This document shows, piece after piece, positions 1 to 12,300 of a DNA stretch of 64,000 bases. The stretch spans positions 1,054,001 to 1,118,000 of the forward strand of contig JANJGN010000140.1 in assembly GCA_026770705.1 (NCBI GenBank), written 5' to 3'. The translations under genes were made by a program, and so were the position numbers. This DNA comes from Isurus oxyrinchus (lineage: Eukaryota). Positions within the stretch are counted from its first letter, which is position 1. Every line of letters begins with the position of its first letter. The notes under the pieces were generated by a model. The model was not told the origin of the DNA, did not search any database, and saw only the letters and a program-made list of their open reading frames with translations.

Positions 1-345
1 CGCAAGCACTATTTCTAATGCTTTCTTAAAATCAAGGTCCACTTCAGTCAGCAATCTTCACTGAATAGCATCCTCTTGCACGCCAGAGACAAAAATGATC
101 TCTGAGCATATCCTTCAGGCTTTCACCAAAATCACAATATTCCATTAGTTGTTTTACTTTCGCCACATGGGTAGCAATGGTTTCTCTCGGGGCTGTATTC
201 AGTGAATTGAACCTGAACCTCTGCATTGTGACTGAGGGGTTTGGGTTGAAAATGTTCCTTATTGTTACTAATTTACTGAGGGTCTTCAAGTCAGGGGCAC
301 TGGGGGTCGTCAAGCTTCGAATTAAACTGTAGGATTTGCCCCCAT
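1..345 (-). mobile_element. Gypsy-type LTR retrotransposon gag fragment (degenerate; runs off the window)
   Basis: Peptides ...PSVTMQRFRFNS...LMEYCDFGESLKDMLRD... and, after a frameshift, RLL.E.DLDFKKALEI are typical of Gypsy gag. Confidence 0.7.
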
Positions 346-1496
346 AAATACTCAGGAGAATCGCTCTCCTCTTTTCCTTCCTCTGTGGTTAAAGGTACAG
401 TCCTATATTTATCAGAACTATAATTACTACAGAAAACACTTTTATAGACCCACAGAAATGTGGTTGACTCTAACCCTAACACTGACGGGTCATTCAAAAG
501 TTGAAGGGTGATATCGACCTTGCCAGCAGATGCCCACATTCCTAAAAATAAATCCAATGGTGAATTCAGGAGATACTTCTTTACCCAAAGATTGGGGAGA
601 ATATGGAACACGCATCCAGGGAATGGTTGAGGTGAATAGCATCGATGAATTTAAGGGGGAAGCAGGATAAACACACGAAGGAGAAAGAAATAGAGGATAT
701 GGTGAAGATGGGGAGGGAGGGACCTTGTGTGGAGGAGAAATACTAGCATGGAACAGATGGGCGGAATGGCCTGTTTCCACACTGGCGAACGTCACCGAAA
801 GCCCTCCGGTTACCTGTCAATGCTGATGGCACACAGGTCGAGGATTCTGGCTGTGCACAGCATCACATCCAGTGTCACAAAGATGTCACAGTGAACCCAG
901 CTGAAACGCCACTCGCCAACCACCTTTAACCAGAGCAAAGTACAAACAACATCAACAACAGTTCACAGCCAGGTTAGCATCCCTTCAAACAAACCTTTCC
1001 ACAAGATCACAGAACACCTCCAGCCATCTGGAGCTCTAAATCCAGCCTTAAACCCAGATAAAAGATCTGCATTCCTACAGTGCCTTACTCTTTGGTTCTG
1101 ACCTGAATCGTTAACTCTGTTTCTCTCTTCACAGATGCTGGGTGTTTCCAGCATTTTCTGTTCTTATTTCGGATTTCCAGCGTCCTCAGTGTTTTGTTCT
1201 TCAACTGCCTTTGAGCACAAGACACCTAAGAGCAGTGCTTCTAAAACACTTTCGTTAGAAGATCACTTTTGCAGGGGGTGTGGGAGGGGCTGGGGAGGCT
1301 GCAGGGAACAGGGCCCAAGGGTCACCAACCGATCCTACCCCACCCACTTTCAGTAGTTACCCCCCAAAATAAGCTCATCAGAAATAACGGGAAGAATGGC
1401 TGCAAGGAATATGTTTATGGAAACTTAAGGTTCACCCAAACTCAATTTTATAATTCTCATCCCTGTTTTCAAATCTTTCCTTGTGCCCCCTCCCGA

Positions 1497-2268
1497 TCTC
1501 TGGAACCTTCTCCAGCCCCTACAACCGCCCCCCCCCCCATCTCTGTAAACTCGTCCAGCCCCTGCAACGCTCCCTATCTCTGTAACCTCCTCCAGCCCCT
1601 ACAATGCTCCCTATCTCTGTAACCTCCTCCAGCCCCTACAACCTTTCCTATCTCTGTAACCTCCTTCAGTCCCTACAACCTTTCCTATCTCTGTAACCTC
1701 CTTCAGTCCCTACAACCTTTCCTATCTCTGTAATCTCCTTCAGTCCCTACAACCTTTCCTATCTCTGTAACCTCCTTCAGTCCCTACAACCTTTCCTATC
1801 CCTGTAACCTCCTCCAGTCCCTACAGCTCTCCCTATCTCTGTAACCTCTTCCAGCCCACACAATCCTCCCTACCTCTGTAACTTCCTCTAGTCCTTAAAG
1901 CTTTTCCTATCTCTGTAATCTCCTCCAGTCCCTACAAACCTTCCTATCTCTGTAACCTCCTCTAGTCCTTAAAACCTTTCCTATCTCTGTAACCTCCTCC
2001 AGTCCCTACAACCTTTCCTATCTCTGTAACCTCCTCCAGTCCCTACAATCTTTCCTATCTCTGTAACCTCCTCTAGTCCCTACAACCATCCCCATCTCTG
2101 TAACCTCCTCCAGCCCCTACAACCCTCCTTATCTCTGTAACCTCCTTCCGCCCACACAACCCTGCCTGTCTCTGTAACCTCCTCCAGTCCCTACAATCAT
2201 CCCCATCTCTGTAACTCACTCCAGCCCCTATAACCCTCCCTATTTCTGGAACCTCCTCCAGCCCCTAT
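1497..2268 (+). repeat. 37-bp minisatellite, ~20 copies
   Basis: Unit ctatctctgtaacctcctccagcccctacaacctttc (1574, 1611 and onward). Confidence 0.95.
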
Positions 2269-2304
2269 CTCTCTCTCCCTCTCTCTTTCTATCTCTCTCT
2301 CTCT

Positions 2305-2477
2305 TCTGCTTTAAGCCATTCCTTAAAACCTCACTCTGTGACTGAGTTTTTGGTCACCGATCCCTCATATCTCCTGATGTGGCTTGGGGTCAAATATTGT
2401 TTGATAATCACTCCTGTGAGGCACCTTGGAGACACTTCATTAAATTGAAGGTGCTGTAGAATCATAAGTTGTTGTTG
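2305..2477 (+). mobile_element. L2-type LINE 3' end
   Basis: ...CTTAAAACC... RT tail and GTTGTTGTTG end; homologous to the minus copy at 5980-6275. Confidence 0.6.
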
Positions 2478-4132
2478 AAATTATAAACTTTCTGCTGCTG
2501 TTTTGCTGTTGACAGATTGGCACTCATTGTCATTTTCATTAAATGACACATCAATTATTAACTCATGCCAGAGAAAAATCCTAGACATTTTCATAGTCTA
2601 AACATGAATATGCTAAGAGAATGTGTTGATTTGAATCATTGAATATGTGTTATAACATCATCTTAACAATCTTCTGTTGAGAAACTAACATTTATTCTGC
2701 ATCTACATTAATCTAACTTGGAGAACATTGGCTTAACACTTGCGTCATTTTATGCATTTGTCACTGATGTGGTGTCTTTGATGAACGGACCACAGGAGGC
2801 TCAGATACAGGTTATGATCGTTCATTTGAGCAATTGCAAGGAGGTCACCATCTCAATACAGCTTGAGGCAGTGCTCTGTTAATATTTATATATTATTGGT
2901 CACATACAAGAACATGCTCCAGATTCTGATCTTGTCAACATATAGGTTTACATTAAACAGACAAGTCTCTGGTACATGCATCATCTGACCCTACTTTCAC
3001 CCAGGCAGAGACCTGCCTTCCTATCTAAACTGGGAGCGTCTGTCCTTCCCCTATCTGTTGCAGAGCACACTTAATCTATGTTATTGCCATTCTCTGACTC
3101 CAATCTAATTCCCAGGACCTTGCTGGTGATTGCAAACCCTGAGGGTGTCCAAACTTCGATAGTGTAAAAGGTTCATTTGGTTTAACTGTTTAATTGTTGA
3201 TTTACTGATTTGCATTGGCCTGCCTATAGATTCTAATTTAAGTAATTCATTCCCTTTTAATGAATTCTCCCTGACCATAAATTCTCATTTACTTTCTTCC
3301 CCCAAAAGTCACTGAGGTCCATAGAGATATTACATCTCCATTGAAAAGAATATAAAAGGCGAAAATATTAATTCGGGTAATTTCAAGATGAAGAATGTTC
3401 CAAGAGATTAAACGCTTGTAGACAATCTAGATAGTGCGAAGTATAAGTTAGTTTGGCGCTGCAGCAAAGAATATTACAGTAATTCTCATTTCCTATAAAA
3501 CTAATTTTGCTCCAGGTTTAATTGTGTGAAAGTAGTATGATTAGATATCTAGCGGAGACATTATACAAAATTAATCATTTAGCAGTTGGATGATAATGAA
3601 TGAATATTTTATCATTTGTGCACTGAATAGCTTCATTATGCCGGCTGATCTCATGTTTGCTTTTTCTTTATTTGAAGTAGTAATGAAAGCAATTGAGAGA
3701 TGGGATTGCGAGATTCACTCTTAGGTGGATCACAGCACTCAGAAGTGTGCCCGCCAGCTGCAATACTATCCCCCATCCATGACGATCGTTCAGCGGCCGA
3801 GGGTTGGCCGCGACAACATGGGAAAGGTTTTTGCTAAGGCAGATAAGCCTTCGGTGCAAGTGAGCGTCACCAGCAGGGGGCGAGATGAGGAAGAGCGGCT
3901 TTTAATCACACAGCGAGTTGTGATCTGGAAGGCGCTGCCTGAAAGGGCGGTGGAAGTAGATTCAACAGGGACTTTCAAAAGGGGGGAACTGGATAAATAC
4001 TGGAAGGGAAGAAATTTTCAGGGCGACGGGGGAAAGAGCAGCGGGGGACGGCGGTGGGGGGGGGGGGGGGGGCGGGGGCGGGGAGAGTGGGGACTAATTG
4101 GATTGATCTTTCAAAAAGCTGCAGCAGACTCA

Positions 4133-4536
4133 ATTTTCTTTTTATCTTTTTCATGGGATGTGGGCGTCGCTGGCAAGGCCAGCATTTGTTGCCCATCCCT
4201 AATTGCCCCTGAACTGAGTGGCTTGCTCGGCCATTTCAGAGGGCAATTAAAAGTAAACCATATCGCTGTGGATCTGAAGTGACATGTAGGCCAGACTGGG
4301 TAAGGACGGCAGATTTCCTTCCTTAAAGGGCATTAGTGAACTAGTTGGGTTTTTATGACAATCGATGATAATTTCATGGTCACCAAGACTGAGAGTGGCT
4401 TTCAATTCCTGATTTATTAATTGAATTTAAGTTCTACCAGCTGCCTTGTAGGGATTTGAACCCGTGTCCCCAGAGCGTTAGACTGGGCCTTCAGATTCCT
4501 AGCCCAGTGACATTGCTACTATGCCACTGTCTCCCC
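4133..4536 (-). mobile_element. tRNA-derived SINE, near full length
   Basis: A-box-like TGGCATAGTAG and B-box GGTTCAAATCC head; 3' tail AATTAGGGATGGGCAACAAATGCTGGCCTTGCCAGCGACGCCCACATCCCATG plus A-rich end; inserted in a CR1 3' fragment. Confidence 0.8.
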
Positions 4537-4640
4537 ATTTGATGGGCCAAATGGGCTCCTTCTGTGCTGGACCATTTCATGATGACCCAATCGAATGGTG
4601 AAACAGGCTCGATGGACTGAATGGCCTGCTCCTGTCCCTA

Positions 4641-5173
4641 CTGTGTGCAGTTTTGGTCTCCTTACCTAAGAAAGGATATACTTGCCATAGAGGGAGTGCA
4701 GTGAAGGTTCACCAAGCTGATTACTGATGTGGCAGGATTATCTTATGAGGAGAGATTGGGCTGACTAGGCCTGTATTCACTGGAGTTTAGAAGAATGGGA
4801 GGGGATCTCATTGAAATGTATAAAATTCTGACAGGGCTGGACAGACTGGATGCAGGGATGACGTTTCCTCTGGCTGGTGGGGTGGTCAAGAACAAGGCAT
4901 CATAGTCTCAGGATATGGGGTAGGCCATATAGGGCTGAGATGAGAAGAAACTTCTTCACTCAGAGGGTGGTGAATCTGTGGAATTCTCTACCACAGAGAA
5001 GTCACTGAGTATATTTGAGAAGGAAATAGATGGATTTCTAGACTCCAAAGGCATCAAGGGATGTGGGGAGAGCACGGGAGTGTGGCATTGAGATAGAGGA
5101 TCAGCAATGATCATATTGAATGGTGGAACAGACTCCAAGGGCCGAATGACCTACTCCTGCTCCTATTTTCTAT
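4641..5173 (+). mobile_element. CR1 LINE 3' fragment
   Basis: CVQFWSPYL / SYEERL.RLGLYSLE.RR / FFTQRVV.LWNSLP-type remnants and CR1 3' UTR. Confidence 0.85.
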
Positions 5174-5302
5174 AGCCAGGATTTTATGGCCCCACCGCAG
5201 CATGTCTCTCCCCCAGAGGAAGTGGCGAGCCATTTAAATCTCCATTTAGTTCGGCGGGATCGTAATATCCCGCCAGGCAGGAGGGGCCATAAAATCCTGG
5301 CC
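5174..5302. mobile_element. ~129-bp MITE with 19-bp perfect TIRs and 3-bp target-site duplication
   Basis: GCCAGGATTTTATGGCCCC (5175-5193) and GGGGCCATAAAATCCTGGC (5283-5301); TAT at 5171-5173 and 5303-5305. Confidence 0.8.
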
Positions 5303-5561
5303 TATGTTTCTATATGGTCACGTTCAGTCATGTGTTGTTCACCAGTCGCCTGGTATCGAAATGGATGACCAGAAGAGAGACTTTGTTCTGGCTGTGACTG
5401 ATGCGCAAGTGACTGGCTCCAGGAAGGGAAGTGGGAAAAGGACATAGGACCTCTTTGGCGGTGGGTGGGATCGTTGAGGCGTGATGTCGGTAGCTGCAAG
5501 GCCCAACGCCCTTCGGGGCCCTCCCACCTATCGATACGCGGGACTGAACTAACGGTTTTGC

Positions 5562-5840
5562 CTCTAGATAGATGACCCAGGGCATCACCAGCATGGCCAC
5601 CAGTAGGTCTGTCACAGCCAGGCTGATGATGAGGTAGTTGGTGGTGGTCTGCAGTGCCATCTCGCTGGGCACTGCCATGCACACCAGCACATTGCCAAAC
5701 ACCACCACGAAGATCAGGAGGCTGAGCAATGCCACGTAGTAGTTGTAGCAATGCCTCTACTGCTCACCGGTCGAGTCGCTCCAGTGCCCTAGCTCCCTCA
5801 TCTGCGAGTCATTCAGGGCAGCCATGTTTGGAGCAGCCAT
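5562..5840 (-). pseudogene. DRD2: Disabled first coding exon of a D2-type dopamine receptor (N-terminus, TM1, TM2)
   Basis: [64 protein letters not shown] matches the DRD2 pattern; in-frame TAG at 5759-5757; ends at the conserved YLE exon boundary with donor GC instead of GT. DRD2 vs drd2-like paralog not resolvable. Confidence 0.85.
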
Positions 5841-5979
5841 TGGCCGCGGCCTTTGAACTCCAACCTCCTCAGTAGCATGCAGAGAAAAGAAGGCAAAAAA
5901 TTTAACTTCAACCAAGTGGGAAAATGGTGCAACAATACCGGCGATCCAGGCACCAAGGGTAAAAAGGAAGCAATAGCGG

Positions 5980-6275
5980 CAACAACAACTTATATTTATC
6001 GAGCGCCTTTAGCATGGCAAAGCGTCCCAAGGTGTTTCATAGCAGCGTTATTACATTTGACACCAAGTCACATAAGGAGATATTGCAGCCAATAATTCAG
6101 TCAAAGAGGTCAGTTTTTAAGGGGTATCTTAAAGGAGGAGAGAGAGAGAGAGAGTCGGACAGGTTTAGGGAGGGAATTCCAGAGCTTAGGGCCCTAGGCA
6201 GCTGAAGGCACGGCCGCCAATGGTGGAGCGATGGGAATCGGGGATGCTCAAGAGGGCAGGATTGAGGAACACAGG
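5980..6275 (-). mobile_element. L2-type LINE 3' fragment
   Basis: STIGGRAFSCLGP..WNSLP RT C-terminus and (GTT)n tail. Confidence 0.75.
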
Positions 6276-7199
6276 GAGGGTTAAATCAGATGATCTGGTC
6301 ATTAACCACCTTGAAGTTGGCGGGATCTTGCTGTGCTCAATTTGGCAGCTGCGTTTGGTACTTCTGTCATTTGTTATAAAAGGCTTTGGGACATGGGCAG
6401 GTCTAAAATGTGAACAATAGTTCTCTAAAGTGTTCATATAAACAACCCTTAAACAGTGCCTCTTAATCCAATCTAATTGGCTTTGTCCAACAGGATTATG
6501 GTCAGTGAAGGTGTTATCTCCAGATGTTCAATGGTAACTTAATCCGATTCCATTAAAACTGCCACATTAAGACATTTATTAATTCAGTAAAACCTCTTGT
6601 GTGTCAAGCATTGTGCACAGACCATTTATAAGCATTAATCAGTTCACATGAGGGATGTGTGTTCACAATATCTTGAGAAGATAATTATATGAAATCTATC
6701 AGCAGCCATGATATGAACTACACAATTGTGGTCCCCAAACTATTCTTAACTCATTCATTGTGTGTCGACTGTCTACACACAGAATTAAATTAATCAATAG
6801 ATAATGATCTGCAGAGGTAGGATTATACTCAGGGACAAAAACTTGCCAGTCTGCTTTGCCTCCTCCCCTCTCTCTCTCTCTAGATTCTTTCCCTACATAA
6901 ATCCGCCTCATCCTCTCTACTTACCTCTTTGAAGACTGTCCAATCATCTCCTCTTTTCCTGCTAAGTGGACCTCCAATCCCAATGTAAACCACATGGGCC
7001 AATCTCACCGGGTATCAACCAGCCAATCCTGTCTCTCAGGCTAACCCTCGGGTGCCCTCCTCTCTCTTCCGAGGTTAAAAGAAGGGGAGGGAGGAAATGC
7101 ATGAGGAAGGAAGGATGAAGGAATGGAAGGAAAAAATTGTGGAAATTGTTGGCAGGGAGGGAGGGAGGGAGGAAAAAATATGAGGGAAGGAAAGAATAA

Positions 7200-7430
7200 A
7201 CTACTAGATTCCATCCAACCTTTTCTCCCCTGTATAACTCACTGGATTCTACCCTGACCCTCTACCCTCTGTAAAAATCACTGAATCCCATCCTGACCCT
7301 TTCTCCTCTGTAAAACCCATTGGATTCCACCCGACCCTCTCACCTCTGCATCACCCACTGGATTCCACCCTGACACCCTCTCCTCTCTATAACACACTGG
7401 ATTTCATCCTGACACTTTCCTCTGTATAAA
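7200..7430 (+). repeat. ~39-bp minisatellite, ~6 copies
   Basis: Unit actggattccaccctgaccctctcctctgtaaaaccc. Confidence 0.75.
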
Positions 7431-7431
7431 C

Positions 7432-7926
7432 AGGGAGAGGGAGAGAAAGAGTAGGAGACCAGGGGAACGGGAGAGAAGGAGAGGGAGCAGGAGAAATGGG
7501 AGAGTGGGAGAGAAAGAGACAGAGTTGGGATTCAAACCCTCAATTTTCCAAAGATGGGGTGGAAGAAAGCGAAGGGAGAGGGGGTGGGGGTTGGGGTGAA
7601 GAGAGAAAGAGAGGGAAGGAGACAGAGAGGGGAAGAGAGAGACAGAGAGAGGCAGATGGAAGGGGGTTGGGGGGGAGAGAGGGGAGAAAGAGAGAGATTG
7701 AGGTAGAGAGGAAGAACAGGTTAGAGGAGAGCGAGGGAGAGAGAGAGAGCGAGAAAGGGTGATGATGAATGGGGATGGAAGAAAGGGAAAGGGGGAGAGA
7801 GAGAGCAGGAGGCAGGGTGAGTGGGACAGGGAGAGAAGGAGAGGGAGACCAGGGGAAATGAGAGAGCTGGAGAGACGGAGAAGGAGACCTTGGGGAATGA
7901 GAGAGCAGGAGAGAAGGAGAGAGAGA
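7432..7926 (+). repeat. Purine-rich low-complexity repeat
   Basis: Recurrent gggagag / gagacc motifs; related to 9003-9640. Confidence 0.8.
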
Positions 7927-7928
7927 CT

Positions 7929-8565
7929 TTTTAAAAAAATCATTTATGGGATTTGGGCTTCGCTATCTGAGCCAGCATTTATTGCCCAGCCCTAATTGCC
8001 CTTGAGAAGGTGGTGGTGAGCTGCCTTCTTGAACCGCTGCAGTCCCTGTGGTGCAGATACATCCACAGTGCTGTTAGGGAGGGGGTTCCAGGATTTTGAC
8101 CCAGTGACAGTGAAGGAACGGCCGATATATTTCCAAGTCAGGATGTGAGTGACTTGGAGGGTAAATTCTGGGTGGTGGTGTTCCCATCTATCTGCTGCCC
8201 ATGTCTTTCTAGATGGTAGTGGTCGTAGGTTTGGAAGATACTGTCAAAGGAGTCTTGGTGAATACCAGCAGTGCATCTTGTAGATGGTACACACTTCAGT
8301 GACTGTGTGTTGGTGGTGGAGGGCGTGAATGTTTGTGGATGTGGTGCCATTCAAGCGGGCTGCTTTGTCCTGGACGTTGTCCAGCTTCTTGAGTGTTGAG
8401 GGAGCTGCACTCATCCAGGCAAGTGAGGAGTATTCCATCATACTCCTGACTTGTGCCTTGTAGATGATGGACAGGCTTTGGAGAGTCAGGAGGTGGGTTA
8501 CTCGTCACAGGATTACTAGCCTTTGACCTGCTCTTGTAGCCACAGTATTTATATGGTTCCTCCAG
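7929..8565 (-). mobile_element. CR1-clade LINE 3' fragment (partner of the SINE)
   Basis: YKAQVRSMMEYSSLAWMSAAPSTLKKLDNVQDKAARL peptide; tail shared with the SINE. Confidence 0.85.
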
Positions 8566-8689
8566 CTGTTATTAAGGAGAACTTAGGGTCGATGGGGCTG
8601 AGATTGCTGTTGTAATTTCCGGTGCGTATGTCGATGCCAGATGGCCCATCCAGTTTCGTTCCTTTGTCGAGACGTTATAGCGGTTTTGA

Positions 8690-8998
8690 GTGGCAGCTCG
8701 GCATTTCAGAGGGCAGTTAGGAGTCAACCACTTTGCTGAGGGTTTGGGGTCACATGTCGGCCAGACCAGGTAAGGATGACAGACTTCCCTCCCTAAAGGG
8801 GCATTAGTGAACCAGGTCAGTTTTTACAACAATTGGCAATGATTTCATCGTTATCATACGACTTTTAATTCCAGATTTTTACTAAATTCAAATTCCACCA
8901 TCTGAACCCACTACCATTCGAACCCGGGCCCCCAAAGCATTACGCTGGGTCTCTGGATGACTAGTCAGGTGACAATATCACTGCACCATCGCCTCCCC
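8690..8998 (-). mobile_element. tRNA-derived SINE (same family as 4133-4536)
   Basis: GGGGAGGCGATGGTGCAGTG...GGTTCGAAT head and shared core. Confidence 0.8.
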
Positions 8999-9002
8999 TA
9001 AC

Positions 9003-9640
9003 TGGGGAGTGGGAGAGCGGGAGAGAAGGAGAAAGAGACTGGAGAGAACGGGAGAGCAGAAGACAAGGAGGGAGAGACCGTGTAGAATGGGAGTGTGGGA
9101 GAGAACGAGAGAGAGACCAGGGAGAGTGGGAGAGTGGGAGAGAGAGAGAGACCAGAGAGAACAGGAGAGCGGGAGAGAGAGAGAGACCAGAGAGAATGGG
9201 AGAGCGGGAGAGGAGAGGGACACCATGGGGAGTGGGAGAGTGGGAGGGAAGGAGAGACCGGGGAGAATGGGAGAGCAGGAGAGAGAGACCGGGGAAAATG
9301 GGAGAGCAGGAGAGGAGGAGACAGCGGGGGTGTGAGATAGCGGGAGAGAAGGAGAGGGAGACTGGTGTAGTGGGACAGTGGGAGGGAAGGAGAGGGAGAC
9401 CAGGAGGGAAGGAGAGAGAGACCAGGGGAGTGGGAGAGCAGAAAGAAAGGGAAGGAGACCAGGGAGTGGGAGGGTGGGAGAGAAGGAGAGAAAAAGAGAC
9501 CGCTGAGAATGGGAGAGAGGGTGGGAAGGAGAGGGAGACCAGGGGGAGTGGGAAAGTGGAAGAGAAGCAGAGAGAGACCAGGGGAAGTGGGAGAGCGGGA
9601 GAGGAGGAGAGGGAAAATGGAAGAGCAGGAGAGGGAGGCG
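9003..9640 (+). repeat. Purine-rich degenerate minisatellite
   Basis: Units such as gggagagtgggagagcaggagagagagacca. Confidence 0.9.
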
Positions 9641-9739
9641 GGTATGACAGAGAACAGAATAAAACTGACAAAAACAAGCAAACGTGCTAGTTAGTGACTG
9701 TGGAGGGTGCACAATCTAGTGTGTGGGCAGAAATAAATG

Positions 9740-10900
9740 ATTCATAAAATCTTACAACACAGGAAGAGGCCATTCAGCCCATTGTGCCTGTGCCGACTCT
9801 CTGAAAGATCTATCCAATTAGTCCCACTTTCCCCACGTCGCTCTTTCCCCCATAGCCCTGCCACAATTTCCCCTTCTACTATTTATTCAATTCCCGTTTT
9901 GAAAGTTCCTGTTGAATCTGCTTCCACCGCCCTTTCAGGCAGCACTTCCCAGATCACAACAACTCGCTGTGTAGAAAAAAAAATCCCCTCATCTCCCCCT
10001 CTGGTTTTTTTCCCGATTCCCTTCAATCTGTCTCCCTCTGTTCACCGACCCTCCTGCCACTGGAAACAGTTTCTCCTTGTTTACTCGAGCGACAACCCTG
10101 ATGGTTGTAGGGAAGGTGTCACGATATCAATGCCCAACCATTTACAGTTCAAATAACTGACTGTGAAGGTGCCAGGCTTTACCAAGTGTGGCAGGAGGGC
10201 ACCAGCAGCCATTTCCCAGCTCCGTACTGATTTCCCCGAAGCTGTCCCCCGTCCCCCACAAGGGAGGCAGTGCGGCACCTTCGAGAGGGAGTGGGTTATC
10301 ACAGGGTGGTACAATTAGGTTTTGACAGGTCTTAACCCAACCAGTTTGGATATAGAAAGAAAGCTTGGCTGAAAGTTTGCTCTCGTTCACTCAATTGTGC
10401 AGCACTGAAGCAGACCATTCATCGAGTCCATGCCAGAACTTCTGACGAGCGATCGGATTAGTCCCACTACCACCACCCCCACCCCTAACTCTTTCCCTTA
10501 AATGCTATACACCTCGACCACTCCCTATGGGAGCGAGTTCCACATTCTTCCCACTCTCTGGGTAAATTGTCCTGAATTCCCCTTTGGATTTATTAATGAC
10601 TATCTTATATTGATAACCACTAACCATCCCTACACCCACAGTCCAGTTCTGGTCTCCTCACATCTTCTCTATGGCTACCGCTTGAAACCCTTTCATCATG
10701 TTAAGGACCATGATCAGGTCATCCTCTCAGCCTTCTCTTTTCTGGAGAAAAGAGCCTCAGCCTGTTCAGTCTTTCCTGATGGTTATAACCTCTCAGATTT
10801 GGAATCTTCCTTGTAAATCTTATTTGTTTTGCATCTTCTCTGGTGCCTCTATATCCTTTTTTATAATATGGAGGCCAGAACTGTGCACAGTGCTCCCATC
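9740..10900 (-). mobile_element. Two old CR1 3' fragments (9740-10080 and ~10390-10900)
   Basis: CAQFWPPYYKK and ERLNRLRLFSPEKRRLRG peptides; CR1-type 3' UTRs. Confidence 0.7.
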
Positions 10901-11234
10901 TCTTGATACAGGGTAGAACAAAACCTCTGTTTTTCAATGCTCACCCTCTAGAAATGAAACCAAGTGTTTATTGCTCTTCTAAATGTCTCTATCAACCTGC
11001 ATCACCAACCTTTCGCCACTGGTGTTTCATTCCTGTTTTCTCCCCTTGATAATTTGGTGTTGAAAATTGGGTAGCACATTCACTTCCGCTCCGTCCAGAG
11101 ACCGAGTTCCTCATTGCGAGTGTCCTTCCAATCTTCCTTCCCTGCAGCATCCACATAGCGGACAGTCTCACTCCGGCAGAGAGAGATGTTCTCGATCATT
11201 CAGGGCTGCACTGGTACTGCCTGTACCGAACTCT

Positions 11235-11375
11235 NNNNNNNNNNNNNNNNNNNNNNNNNNNNNNNNNNNNNNNNNNNNNNNNNNNNNNNNNNNNNNNNNN
11301 NNNNNNNNNNNNNNNNNNNNNNNNNNNNNNNNNNNNNNNNNNNNNNNNNNNNNNNNNNNNNNNNNNNNNNNNNNN
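11235..11375. other. Assembly gap
   Basis: Run of N. Confidence 1.
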
Positions 11376-11989
11376 TCAACATCATCCCTCTCCCTGTCAG
11401 TTTGATGTTCTCTCACAATAAGCCAGACACCCAATCGGATTACGACTCAACAGACCAGAAATTAATTCCCCCCGCTAACCATTGCAGTCCTGGGGAGGGG
11501 TTTAAGAGTTGAGGGATCCCGCCTGGGGGATCCATCACTCGCCTCTTAGCAGCAGGTAAGGGTTTAATGAGAAATCTAAGTCCAGCCAGAATTAAACATT
11601 TAACAAGGAGAGAGAATATTAAATTCACTAAGTGTCTGTCGACTACCACTGGGTCTCACCATGTTTCACCTTACCATTTATCTGCTTAATCCATTGGTTT
11701 CCTGCAACGAAGGGATGCCACCAAATTTATGAGATTTATAGCACAGGAGGAGGCCATTCGGCCCATCGTGCCTGTGCAGTCTCTTTGAAAGATCTATCCA
11801 ATTAGTCCAACTGTCCCCCCTGCTCTTCCCCCCACAGCCCTGCAAGTATTTTCCCCTTCAAGCAGATGAAGTAATTAGTTACAGCTTAGCTAATCTCAGG
11901 CAGGTAATTAGCAAGGGGGACAACTTTTAGACACAGTGATCCCGGACGAGAGCAGAAATACCCAGCTCTCAGTCCTAGAGCCATAGAAG

Positions 11990-12300
11990 GTATTGCATTT
12001 CTCTAGCGCCTTTCACAGCTTAAGGACGTCCCAAAGAACATCACAGCCAATTATATCACTTGTTGAAATGTTGTCCCTGTTGTAATGAGACGCCATTTTG
12101 TGCACAGCAAGCTCCCACAATGAGCAACGTGATAATCACCCAGATCATTGGAAGAGGGATAAATATTGGCCCCAGGACACCGGGGAGAACTTTCTCCTCT
12201 TGTCTTCCAAATAGCGGCCATGGGATCTTTTATATCCACCAGAGAAAGCAAACGAAGTGGTGGTTTAACGTCTCGCCTGTCTTCAACAGTGCAGCACTCC
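11990..12300 (-). mobile_element. Second SINE family with conserved core (Deu-domain-like)
   Basis: GAGACGTTAAAC...GGATATAAAAGATCCCATGGC...CCTGGGGCCAATATTTATCCCTC core; also at 32030-32165 and 32830-33035, split by a CR1. Confidence 0.6.

Noticed and set aside
1497-2268. CRISPR-like appearance of 33-37 bp repeats
   Set aside because: Head-to-tail units with no unique spacers, no cas genes, vertebrate genome
7404-9712. Ser/Leu/Pro-rich and Glu/Arg/Gly-rich ORFs
   Set aside because: Translations of purine-rich low-complexity repeats
10081-10390. Short ORFs in unique GC-richer sequence between CR1 fragments
   Set aside because: No recognisable domain and no convincing splice-site pair
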